Shown piece by piece: positions 52,018 to 64,000 of a stretch of DNA of 64,000 bases. The notes beneath the pieces were generated by a model that was not told the DNA's origin, did not search any database, and saw only the letters and a program-made list of their open reading frames with translations. The translations under genes and the position numbers were made by a program. Source of the DNA: Mytilus trossulus (Eukaryota). Every line of letters begins with the position of its first letter. Within the stretch, counting starts at the first letter, position 1. Where the stretch lies: positions 15,686,001-15,750,000 of the forward strand of contig NC_086377.1 of NCBI RefSeq assembly GCF_036588685.1, written 5' to 3'.

Positions 52018-55000
52018 AGAGGTACATAAACAGCTTTAGGATAGATAGTTATCGCCAACTTTGCAGTAATGACTTTATTACAAACTCATGTTACGTAGTG
52101 AGATTGCAACTGAATTGTACTTTCATTCATTTCATAGTTTTAATCATCTTTTTGAAACTGTACTTATGATCGTTAAATATTTACACATTTTCGTGTTAAA
52201 TTAATAAATGATAAAAACAAACAAACATATACATTGTATTTTCTCTATTTCGCCTTCTGACAAAGACATTAAAATGAAGCTGTTTTTAATGTTTAAATGA
52301 CTGTGTAGATGTATAACACGTAGGACCTGCTATTATTGGAACCTCTTCATATCTACTTGAAAGTATCTAATCCAGATTTGTTGGTTTTTTGGTGCAGTTT
52401 TCGAGTATGATACCACCCCAACAGTATCTCTAAATATGAAGCTCTAAGGTACATTTAATAAACACTGACAAAAAAAGGCAAAAATACGCATGCTAAATTC
52501 TACGCCATTAGTATTAGTGCATTCGATCTTAACAGGATAACAGTCTAATAACATAATAAGAAATAAAAAAAAAAAACTGTTTCTTTGAGATTTTCAACAA
52601 AATATCGTAAAGTGAGCAATCTCAAGACGACTGACCCTTTTGTTGCAGGTCAATTATCATTTTTATTATCATTCATCACCCATGATTGACATTTTATTAC
52701 ATCACAAGCAACCAATGATATTTTAAAACTAATACGGAAAATGTAGGTAAACGCCGCTAATATAAACAATGACACAATTTTTATTTAAGAACAAAGTTCT
52801 TATTTCTTCCACGTTGCACGTATTTTATCTAACAAAAGGCAAAAGCCAACAATATGTTTATACATCCGTAAAAATTTGACGGGACATATTATGGTATACA
52901 AATGCCCGCGTCCGTCTGTCCGTCGTAAACATGGTACAGCATATTTTCCAAAATCATAAGACGACGGGCGTATCATGCGCTCGTAGCGCAACTGTTTATT
53001 TTAGGTTTTATTTATATTTTTTTTTATAAATATAATAGAGAAATGACGGAATGACAGCAAATACAAGGCAATTTCCAATATAATCAATATTTCCGAATGG
53101 CATAAGTCTTTTGAAGAATAGAGGATATACACTGATTTTCGAGTGTGTCCATACGATATCAGTTTTATAGAATGTTAACAAGAATTGTACACTTGACTAA
53201 TTCAATTAATCAAAAGGACCGGAAGGACAGACAGAGAAATGGACCTGCGATATTTTATTTACGCGCTATATGGTGAAAAAAAATATATCGTTATTTACCA
53301 ACGCTATGAGAGAAGAATTTTAATCGCAACTAATCCAATCGTATTTGCCAAATAAAAAAAAAATCAAAGTTATAGTTTCATTGTTTGGACAAAAGCATTC
53401 TTTAGCAAATTGAATACTTCTCCTTTACAAGATTTTGCTTTTGTTTTCCGACCACATAAAACAGATGATGTAGTATAATTGTCAATGAGACAACTCTCAA
53501 CAAGAGACAATAATGACACAGAAATTATCTCAGATGGTGCCATTAAAACATTATACATATATGGTTTGGCGATATCTGGCCACAGCTTTTATTCATAATA
53601 TGATAGATTCATATAATATATAATATATATATATATAGATAGATAGATAGATAGACCATAGACCATGTATATGTAGATAGATCTATGGTCGGTTACCCGA
53701 AGATAATATGGCAGCCAGGTAGGTAGATATATAGATATATGTGAAGATAGATATATATGAAATGCACCGTTGAATAAACTGGTGCTTAAAATTTAGAAAA
53801 CACCGTGGGATATACAAGTGTAGTCTGTATTATCCAAAAACCTAAAATTTCATAGTTAACATTAAGATTCTATGCAGCGAATTCTGCCATTTACGGGAAT
53901 ATATTTATGATGCTCAAAGTTCAAATAAAAGTCACTTTTCTCAACAGCAAACGATCTAACATCATCAGTCAAATCTGTATCACCACTATCACCGACACAA
54001 ACCTGAAAAATAAATACAAAAGAGCAGTATCTTGTTCAATAAAAAGGAGTGGGAGCGCGAGTTTTCAAGTTTACCGCATACAAAATTTAAACAGCTTGCT
54101 TGCTGCGATGAATTTCTAAAAAGGAATAACTGACGTCACAGAATATAACGTCACTCTTGTCGGGTAAATCTAAAACAAGAAACACGACCCGTGAGTAGCC
54201 CCAGCGATAACTTAATTTAAGTCTATTAACTTAAATTCCATTAATAACTATAGGTCACCGTACGGTCTTCAACATTGAGCAAATCCCATATCGCATAGTC
54301 AGCTATAAAAGATCACGAAATGACAATGTAAAACAATTCAAACAAAAAGTAAAGGCCTAGTTTAGGTGCTACAAGTTATGTACAAAAAAAGAAGTTCCGT
54401 TTGCAGGATAATGCTGAGTTCACACGTAATTCGAATTCGATTCGCATTAACTAATTCGAAAAATTCAAAATGTTTCACGTATTAACGTAAATTTGATTTA
54501 CTGTCCAAACGACGTTAACTTTAAATTCGTATCAACAAAACCAGATTTCTCAGTGATTAAAACGTGAATAAAGGGATTTTAAGGAATATTTGTAATGAAA
54601 CAGCAGCCCACCAAAACAAAACAAAATAAATCTAAAGGTCAAAATACGGTATGCAATAATATACGAGTGTGTACAGTGCATGTACCTGTATGTCAAGTTC
54701 TAAATTACCGAGTCTTTAATTTTAAAAGCCGTAAAAATTATTCAAAGTCCGTAATAACTTTTCTTGAGATGTTTCTCACTTAGACCACAAACAGAGAGAG
54801 GGATTTGTTACTCACATGATTTTATTTCTGGAAACAATAGTACCAACTTATAGATAATAATTTACAAGCAATATTTATACATCTGAAAAATGTCTCCGGT
54901 CATTCGCAGAGATAACGTCGAAATTGTGTGCCAGCGACGTCGTGCACTTTAGCGCTAACGTTGACTGTACCAAGGGGGACGCAAATTTTAGGATAAATCG

Positions 55001-57627
55001 CGTTTATCATGGAATCAAGCACGGTGACCTATATTATTTTTTGGGAATTTGGAGAAAGCATGACAAAATGCAATTGATGCAGAAAAATTATAAAAATTAC
55101 ATTTTCAGAAACAGTTTATTTCCATTTTTTTAAGTTTAAAAAATACCACCTTGAGTATCTGGTCCGCAAAGACAAGCAAGGCTTGAATAATTGTATAGTT
55201 ATTCATGTAGTTTTTCCTTTTTGTCACTTATCACAGCTTCAGATTGAACCTGATCTTAACAATTTACGACGAAAAATATCTGATCCTTGGGGCCAGGTGA
55301 GCTAAAAAGGAAGTATCATAGATCTGTCAACAGTATCAAGTGTTATGAATGACTAAAACAAATTCCCAAATTGAATATCCGGTCATGAAATATGAACGAA
55401 TGCTTGCCAATGTGTAATACTGATTTAAAAAATCCAATAACACGCTCTATTAAACTTTTTATAATTTTAATTACGATGTTTAAAGAGTACAACTGAATTG
55501 TTTCCTTGTTGAAAGTATTTATAATGTGGAAATTGTAATTTTAGAAATCAACATGTGAATGCAAATCAGTTCAAATCAAATACGGAAGAATTAAATTAAA
55601 AATTCAGTACAAGGATTATAACAGCGCAATCGCCATTATATTTAAAGTTAGTTTGTTCTAAGCTCTGAACAAGTGCATCTCTTAATATTTATTGAAAAGT
55701 CTTATTTAAACTAAGTTTACAGACCAAGTTGGAACCATAATCAATTACCTATATTTAACAAGGTATGGACTCTTTGAAACAATTTCTGGTTCTGTGCATG
55801 CTTTCTTTTCACTAAATTTTAAAAAGTGGTATTTCATTTCAAATGCTGCAGTGTAAAAAGCAAAATCAGAAAAATACTGAACTTAGAGGAAAATCAATTC
55901 GGAAATCCATCATCACATGGCAAAATCAAATAACAAAACGCATCAAAAACGAATGGACTAGAACTGTCATATTCCTGACTTGGTACAGGCATTTTCAAAT
56001 GTAGAAAATGGTGGATTAAACCTGGTTCTATAGCGCTTACCCTCTCACTTTAATGACAGTCTCATCAAATTCTGTAATATTTACATTGATGCGTTAAATA
56101 AACGACCACAATAAATGAAATAGTCAAAATAAGGGTACACCAGTAAAGTTGAATATTATTTGCAAACACCAATTTGTAAATGGTATCGATTTCAACAAGT
56201 CAAACGGGCATTGGAATGATAAATTGTTGTATTAGGCTGACTTTCTTATCCAAGGCAAACAGTTTTTTTTTGTAAAATAGGGAAAACAAATCTCTTTTGT
56301 GAAATGAAATAGACACAAACCGCATTTGAGATGAAATACTGAGCATAGTATTCACCAGTAACGTGTTTACAAATAGGAGAGCATAAAAAATATAAAAAAA
56401 ATATACCCAAAAGTATATAATATGCAAAATGTTAAACGCTATACACCAATTGAATGCGTTTAAAACAACTGTCAGATTCCTGACTCGGTACAGAGCAACA
56501 CAAACATACATGGTAGGTTAACATGACAACAAGTGGGATCTAAAAACCAAAACACATATAACACAAACATGCAATGCAACTGACTAAAAAATTCAAATAA
56601 ACAAACAAACAAACAAATCCAACAAGGACGACAACAAAAACATTTGTGTAAATGAAGGTTTATGTAGAAAGATGCCGAATAAAAGGTTTGTGTAGTTGAT
56701 AGAACAAACTGTTTACGGTGTAAACTTTCTCAATGAAGGAAAAATTAGGTAAAATAGAAATGTAAAGGTAAAAAGTGTTAAAATATAACTGTAAACACGT
56801 ATTAAGTCCAGATCTCACATCAATTAACACCTGCACCATGAACACAAAGTAATACATTGCGATATATGCACACCTTTTATCGTCAAAAGTCGTATGACGA
56901 ATGCAATGAAATAACAAACACTAATAAAATACGCTTTAAAGTTTTTGAATTTTAATTAAGATGTTTGCTTTAGTTTTGTTGTGCTGTGATTCCCAGCTCG
57001 TTGATGCCTTCATCTTCTCATATATAAGCTTCTTTAAATGGTCACTAGCTACGAAATACATACAAAATAAAATTCAAATTACGATTTGTTTGTTTTGTTC
57101 AATCATGAATGAAAGTGAAATAATAATTCCCTAATAACAGCCATAGAGTATGGTTCAAATCTGTCCATAAGAGACATCGAAGATACGTATGCATGTTAAC
57201 TTAAATTTTACCTCTTAAGTAGAATTGGAATATGCATGATAGACGTGTTAGACTTTTAAAAGAAAAAATGTCACCTAATCAACGTTAAACAAAAGTAAAT
57301 CATTTGATTGAATGATTCAATCTACAAAACAAAATTCATATGCAGTTAAAACCAAAAAATCAGTTGTTTTTTAAGCTTAAAAATTAAATAAAACTGACAT
57401 AGACAGATCCATATGTACGAGTTTCATTTACTATCTATATGTATTTATGTTTGTGTTTATATCGTGTGATAAGACCGTCGGCTGGTGTCGGCGTAATCTA
57501 TTCTCGATAGTTGATAAGATGGCTTCTAGAGTAAAATTTACACAAAATTAAGGTAATAGTATCGTACCCTTGCCCTGGAAATCGTTTGTTTTAGACTTTT
57601 GGAATTTAGATAAATGTCTTACATGGT

Positions 57628-57745
57628 TATAAATCTAATAAGAGCATTTAATCAAATCGGTGAACATACATTTGACGGTGAGTGCTTCTTTAACTTTCAA
57701 TCTGGTGAAATGACATTTAATTTATTTGGTTGATCTTTATTTCAG
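57628..57745 (+). promoter_or_regulatory. Candidate TATA box, short 5'UTR exon and 68-bp 5'UTR intron of the TLR gene
   Basis: TATAAA at 57628; donor ACG|GTGAGT at 57678; acceptor TTTCAG at 57745, 12 nt before the ATG. Confidence 0.45.
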
Positions 57746-57757
57746 ATAATTCTTGAA

Positions 57758-59902
57758 ATGAGAATATACATCATTTTTGTGTTGACGGTGTGTATTCTAA
57801 ATATAGGCAAAGGGCTTGTAATGCAAAAGGAATGCCACAAGAATTGTAAATGCACAATTACGCGTTCAAAGAAACGTCAAGCTGTATGTAGGGGACGGGA
57901 TTTGCATTACATCCCACAATTTCCAGAATTGATACTTTCTGTTATTATGAGTGGAACAAATTTGACGAATATTGATAAAAATGGATTCAAGAATTTGACC
58001 TATATTAGACTGAAAGAATTAACATTAGATAACAATCTTATTACGTTTATTAATGAAGATGCATTTGTCAATTTAAAATATCTGGATAGTTTGAGTATTG
58101 CTCAAGAAACAAATCTAGCAGTGAATGTAATTAAGGTATCCGTTGGGAAAATGAAAACAAGAAATCTCCGATCTTTATATTTTAAAAATAATAACTGGCT
58201 TTTCCTTCCAGTCGATATGTTTACACGTTTTGCATACAGTGAAATACGAACTATTGGAATGTATGGTAATAGTTTGTCCGAACTACAGAGTGCGATATTT
58301 TCACCATTAAAAAAGTTGCAAAAGCTGTATATGAATAAAAATGAGATTGAACATATTGATTTAAAAGGCATTTCAAAGGATTTAGTAGATTTGCGTTTGA
58401 ATGAGAATCTTCTCCCAAAGGTTCCGGAATTGTGTACAAAGGATAGACGAGGTAGCAGTTTAGTAAACAAATTAGAAACGTTAGATTTAAGCGATAATAA
58501 CATTGGGGACATAAGAATAAAAGCTTTTCAATGTTTGCCAAATTTGAAAAAGCTTTTACTCAATAGAATACCAATGAAGAGAATTCGGTCAAATATATTT
58601 GCATCCCTCCCAGTTTTGTATTCTTTACAACTCTCGAAGATAGGATTTCCTTTGCAAAAAATAGACGATTATGCGTTCAATAGTTCATCTCTTTCACGTC
58701 TGCTTATGGACGTTGCAAATTTCCATTTTGATCGAGAGGAGTTTAATCCACAGACTATTTTTTCAATGTCACCAAATCTAAGTTTTCTAAACTTAGACCA
58801 TAATTTTTTGCCTAAGAATGAAACAAAGATGCAACAAATATTTTCACCTTTGGTAAGCCTGAAAAATTTAATAATATCCTCAACAAGTCTTTTTATTCTT
58901 CCAAAAAATGTCTTCCCGTACTTAAAATCACTCGAGAATTTGACCCTAAGCTCAAACAGACTGTCAGATTGGAATGACGGTAGTGAAATATTTCGGAATA
59001 TGACGTCTCTTAGAAACCTCAACCTGAAAGATAATTTCCTCAAAATTATAAACAAAAAAACTTTCCCTGCAGACGTACTCAAGTCATTAAAAGTCCTGGA
59101 TTTGAGCTATAATTCGTTTGTATGCACGTGTGATCAACTATGGTTTACAGAATGGGTTAAATCAACTAAAGTAAAGCTTCTTAGTTATCCAACGCTATAT
59201 AAATGTAGGTCACCACCAGCGCTTGATGGAACGTTACTTCAAAAGTATGTTAACTCGTCTAAGGAGTGTCCCCCATGGAATCCTATGTATACCACGGTAA
59301 TTATCTTGTTATTGTCTGCTGCGGTATTAGCTGTGATATTTTCGATACTAATGAAGTGTCAAACAAACATTAAAAACTATTTATACCTATGGAGAATCAA
59401 TTACAACAGAAGAAAAGGTTATCTCCCCTTGCAGGATGCAGATGATTTCGAATATCATGCATTTGTTGTATATTGTGATGCAGATCGCCAATGGGTTCAC
59501 CAAAAGTTTCTAAAGAAACTAGAACAAGATGAAGGAATGAAACTTTGCATTCATCATAGAGATTTTGAAATCGGGGAATCAATTACTGCAAACATCAATA
59601 ACTATCTCGAGAAATCATGGAAAGTGGTTGTTATTTTATCAAATGATTTTGCGAAGAGTGAATGATGTCAATGGGAGGTTGATGTCGTCCAAGAGCGCAG
59701 GCGTAGACAAGGAAGGGATGTATTCTTATTGATTATGCTAAAAAATATCGACTCTAAGCATATGACGAATCAACTCAGAGCCCTTCTAGACAGTGCATCA
59801 AGTCTGAAATATCCAATTGGTGTAGGTGAAGAACTGTTCTGGACGGCAGCAGTAGAAACACTGAGAAAGCCATTAGGTCATCCACCGACAGCATTGTTAT
59901 GA
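57758..59902 (+). CDS. Toll-like receptor (single cysteine-cluster type) with a premature TGA at 59663-59665 in the TIR domain; possible pseudogene or nonsense allele
   Basis: Signal peptide, LRRNT (CHKNCKC), multiple LxxLxLxxN LRRs, LRRCT (NSFVCTCD..C..C), a TM helix, and TIR (YHAFVVY, LCIHHRDFEIG, VILSNDFAKSE*CQWE...FW). The frame stays open for 78 codons beyond the TGA to TGATAA at 59900; full length would be 714 aa. Confidence 0.92.
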
Positions 59903-60298
59903 TAAGTGTACCAAATCTAAATATGCATTTTAGAATTTGTTATACAACTGTGTAACAATAATATTTCATAATGTGAGCATTGAGGAAACATTTTCTATGA
60001 TGGTTATTTGATAATTGATTCAAATGCGTTTTGTAATTGTACTTGAATTGTTAGGAAAAAAACCCATATATAATTACAAATACATCTGGTTTAAAACCAT
60101 GTATCTTGAAAAAAAAGCTGTTAATCAACTTGTATTATTTTCCCTAGGATATTCTATTGTTACTTACTTCTATGTCAATATGTCTTTTGGGGAGCGTTGT
60201 ATATATATCCTACAATATGCTCTGTTTTAAATATTTATTAAAGCATTCCAAGATTATTTTTAGTTCGTTCTTTATTTGGTCTTGACCTGTTTGAATTC

Positions 60299-60348
60299 GA
60301 GCGTCACTTTTGAGTCTTTTTGATGTAGACGAAACGCGCGTCTGGCAT
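60299..60348 (+). ncRNA. Degenerate hammerhead/retrozyme remnant
   Basis: Same flanks as the other copies but the core reads CTTTTGA. Another degenerate minus-strand copy lies at ~62304-62344. Confidence 0.6.
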
Positions 60349-62418
60349 ACTAAATTTAGTCCTGATATCTATGATGAGCTTATTTATTACTTGTGTCAAG
60401 TCATGGTGATATACATATTGCAGCTACATAATGCAGAGTTGATCGTTGATTCTTCTGACAGTTGATAATTTGTTTTATCTATTGATGATTTATGTTTTTC
60501 TATTGCACCTACCAGTTTACCGTTTATCTTCCAGTCCTCGCAGCACAGTTTATCTTATTTGATTTTATCTTAACAATTTTAATCCTTTTATCCCCGTCGT
60601 TGTAACTTACACAACTTACACATTAATTATTCATTTGTTTTCTAATTTCGTCTTTAATATACTTATAAGATTAACCATTGGACGTTAGGCATTCCAAAAC
60701 CATTCGAATCATGTATTTGATAAAGTGTCCTGTCAGTATAGCATACATCAGAAATAAAATTGAGAATGGAAATAGGGAATGAGTCAAAGAGAAAGCAACA
60801 TGACCAAAGTGCGGAAAAACAGCACAAGGCCACAAATGGATTTATAATACAGCGGGGAAATCAATGATAAATCTGAATGCATACAGTAAACCATATGTGT
60901 CTCGGGATACATAAGATAGTCAGTAACGTAATGCTGTATCTGACAAATGTCTGACCGTTAAAAATTATGGAAAATATTAATGTAACATTTAAGAATCCAA
61001 CCGGAGGTAAACCGAAGGGTAACTGACAATGCAATCGTTCCCCCATTCACAATAATAAGACAGAATAAAAAAACGACGAAAAGAAGAAAAAAGTCAACAA
61101 TACACTACAAACAAACTACAGAATGGCAGACATGAAATATATAAAAAAAAGACACACTGTCCAACTCATGAGCTTGGGAAGTTAAGATGTTTAATTAACA
61201 AGTGGTACCAGTCGTGTTGATAGTGTTTTTACAGCACATGATTCGGCCTTAAGTTGTAAGTTGTACACATGAATATTCAACAGAAACGGATTTGCCGTAT
61301 TAGGGAATTACATGCCAAAAAGGTATGAGATTTTAATTTCTCGACCGACATAATTCACATAAATTTTGTAGTGTTGAAAGCTTTTGAAAATTTTTACATT
61401 CATAAACTTTGAGTTTTGCCAACGAGATAAGTATGTTCTTTTGATTATATCCGGTTTATTTTTGTTTTATTAGTAATTGTCACTCTTTGTAAACATATTT
61501 GTATTGCAATGTATGTCGATGCAGCATAACGTCTATCCGTGCTTGTTGTGTACGTCCTTCTATTTAATAATTATTGCCCATAATAGAACAGAACATTTAT
61601 AATTAATGTCTTTGTTTATATGGAACACAATAGAAACACATTTATTATTGTTTTATTCTTTTGAATCGATATGTCTGTTTTATATAAGTTCTAAATTCTT
61701 TTAAGGATTTTTGTTCAAAACAATTATAATTTCGTTTTCTTATTAACACAACAATTAAGAGTGCATGTAACAATTCACAATAATTACTGTATTTCATAAT
61801 GATAAAATGTATATGATGAATCACAGAAGTAATAAATATGAATATGTTATTCATTATTAAAATTTGAATTCATGCGTTTAAATTCATAATGTAGCTGCTT
61901 TCAGTTGTTTCTTTTAAAACTAAATCGAAACTTGAGCAAACTTAAACGTGTTTGATCTTTGTAATCAAATAAGTAAACGCTACACCATAAAGTGACATAC
62001 ATTTTTAAACAGCAATTAATCACAAGTTTCCTAAGCTATGAATATTAATCAGTAAGTAGTATCAGAAGATCATAAAAATATTTTAAAAATAAGGAAATAT
62101 GTGAAAACTCTCCATCAAATTCACAGTGTACAAAAAGTAATAATTATAGTTCACAAATCGATCTACATCTATGAGTCTTGTCTCGCACCAAACAGAAAGA
62201 TATTAGAGACCCCTAAATGAACAGTGTAACACAGTATAAACAGACTACATCTTTGTTAATACACCCATTATATATACCGTGATTTAAATTTTATATATTC
62301 ACACAGACGCTCGTTTTTATCTACAAAAGACTCATCAGTAACGCACGTATCTAAAATGTAAAAGGCAAAACAAAGTACGAAGTTGTTTTTTAATATACTA
62401 TATGCATTTCACTGACAG

Positions 62419-63663
62419 ATCGAAGGACAACATGCAGATAGGACAGAATTGAATGCCATAGAAATTATATGTGGAAGTAGAAGTGGGGAACGTTGTGGCG
62501 ATACGGCCAGTTCTGGTCAGCAGCAATGGGGAACATGGAGAGTTGAAGCACTTTGTCCAGCAACGACATTTCTTACTGCATTTTCTCTTCAAGTAGATCA
62601 ATACAACGTAAGTTAATTAGATCCAAAGATGTAACAAATATTAACTCGTTTTGAGCCATTGCAAAACTTAACAAATTTCCTTATGACGGATATATATAAA
62701 ATGTATGCAAAAAAAAAACCAAAATCTACATGTTTAGTTGTTCGAATCTCCTTTGTAAGTTTGATTAAAGTCAATTACAAAATAGGCATTGAACTGGCAT
62801 TTGAAAACAAAAAAAACAATGTATGTGATGTGATGTCATTTGGTCTCTGAAAGATATTTGTCTGACGAAAATCATACCACATTTTTTTAATTTAAAAGTG
62901 TTCATGTTTTATGATATATAATGATGTTGTTAAGTTTATTCCCTATTATAACGACTTTGAAAAAAGTTTAATTAGATTTGACCTTTTTTATATGAAGTTT
63001 TGTTTGTGTACAATACTGCATTAAGTTTGAAATTATTGGACACAAAAACAAATTAGTGTGAATTTGATTTCCTACAAATTGTCAAAATATATGATACATT
63101 TTAAAGATATATCTATACTGCTTAAAATAGATTTGTAGTTTCATGTAAAAAACACCTTAGAGACTTGCATTTTCAATTAAGGTTCATAGTATTTTAACGC
63201 TGATCATATATTCAGTAATTTACCTAATTAAAAAAATCAAAACTGTATGTCAGGCTCTGATGTATACAGTATTTTAAAATTTGTCCGACACTATATCATC
63301 TTGGATGACACTGCCACCTAAGCCACCTTTTAAGTCGCGGTTAATTACATAAGTTCCACACCAAATGCATAAATGTTTGTTTAGTGAAAAAAACTCAATA
63401 TGCGTTTTTTTATTGTTTTGTAGACTTACGACAATACAGGTGCCAACTACGTTAAATTCAGATGCAGATATTTCAAAGATGAATATTTAGATTTTGAACT
63501 GAGCGTTTCTCCTGGGCATGCAACACATGGCTCCTATGGTGAATGGAGTGACGCTTGTCCAGCAAAAAGTGCCATATGTGGTGTTAAAACAAAAATACAT
63601 GCTACCCAATGATATGGAGATGATACTGCACTTAATGATGTTCAATTCTTCTGTTGTGAATAA
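62419..63663 (+). pseudogene. VMO1: Vitelline membrane outer layer protein 1-like (beta-prism); last two exons, with an in-frame TGA at 63610
   Basis: Exons 62419-62607 (IEGQHADRTELNAIEIIC...WGTW...CP...LTAFSLQV) and 63424-63663 (DNTGANYVKFRC...YGEWSDACPAKSAICGVKTKIHATQ*YGDDTALNDVQFFCCE*). No convincing 5' exon was found. Confidence 0.8.
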
Positions 63664-64000
63664 AGAACCGTATCCACTTAAGCAAAATGTACTACACTAA
63701 AACACTTTTAGTAATTTTGATTTTAAGTCAAGATGGGAAATTCAGAATATAAAAAGTGATTTGATTTACTTAAAACAAAAGTGCAATATTTTTATCTAAT
63801 ATATTACAATGTTAATGTATGTAGCAAACTGTATTGTATATTTTATTTCAGTTTGTATTTTTGTTTGTCTCATTGTTAGTGGTATAAGACGCAGACATCG
63901 AGTTTTCTTTCCTAAACCTACCATTGTCTGTTCAAATATCATTGGCATATTTAACTGTTCTATATTGCAGTACAGAATTTTTTTAGAATTTTGATGTTAA

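Noticed and set aside
58102-59582. Minus-strand ORFs overlapping the TLR
   Set aside because: Antisense shadows of the TLR CDS with no motifs.
59663-63612. Selenocysteine or TGA reassignment as an explanation for the two in-frame TGAs
   Set aside because: They align to Trp and probably Gly, not Cys. TGA serves as a normal stop elsewhere (23886, 59900) and no SECIS was recognised.

Overview
This is AT-rich, intron-containing animal genomic DNA. The repeat landscape and gene content suggest a bivalve mollusc, probably Mytilus-like; that assignment is inference only. Genes read by hand: two tandem paralogous C2H2 zinc-finger genes on the minus strand (~0.7-1.5 kb and ~12.0-12.8 kb), then four plus-strand genes for secreted or surface proteins. 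These are (1) a 4-exon single-domain TIMP/NTR-like gene (152 aa), (2) a 20-exon, 739-aa secreted right-handed parallel beta-helix protein with bacterial carbohydrate-enzyme-like motifs (26.2-52.0 kb), (3) a Toll-like receptor whose TIR domain is interrupted by an in-frame TGA at a conserved Trp, and (4) a VMO1-like gene also carrying an in-frame TGA. Non-coding DNA contains Helentron/HINE-like elements, TIR MITEs (Academ-, Harbinger-, Mariner- and hAT-like), a LINE fragment, short interspersed repeats and many minisatellites. The most interesting structures are: seven type I hammerhead ribozyme motifs, including a complete two-ribozyme 368-nt retrozyme unit; four minisatellites built from exon/intron boundaries of the beta-helix gene, giving arrays of decoy splice sites; a 42-bp minisatellite derived from half a zinc finger; and long hairpin elements of unrelated sequence that share oriented CGAG/CGAG tandem mismatches. 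All coordinates were counted by eye and no database searches were run.
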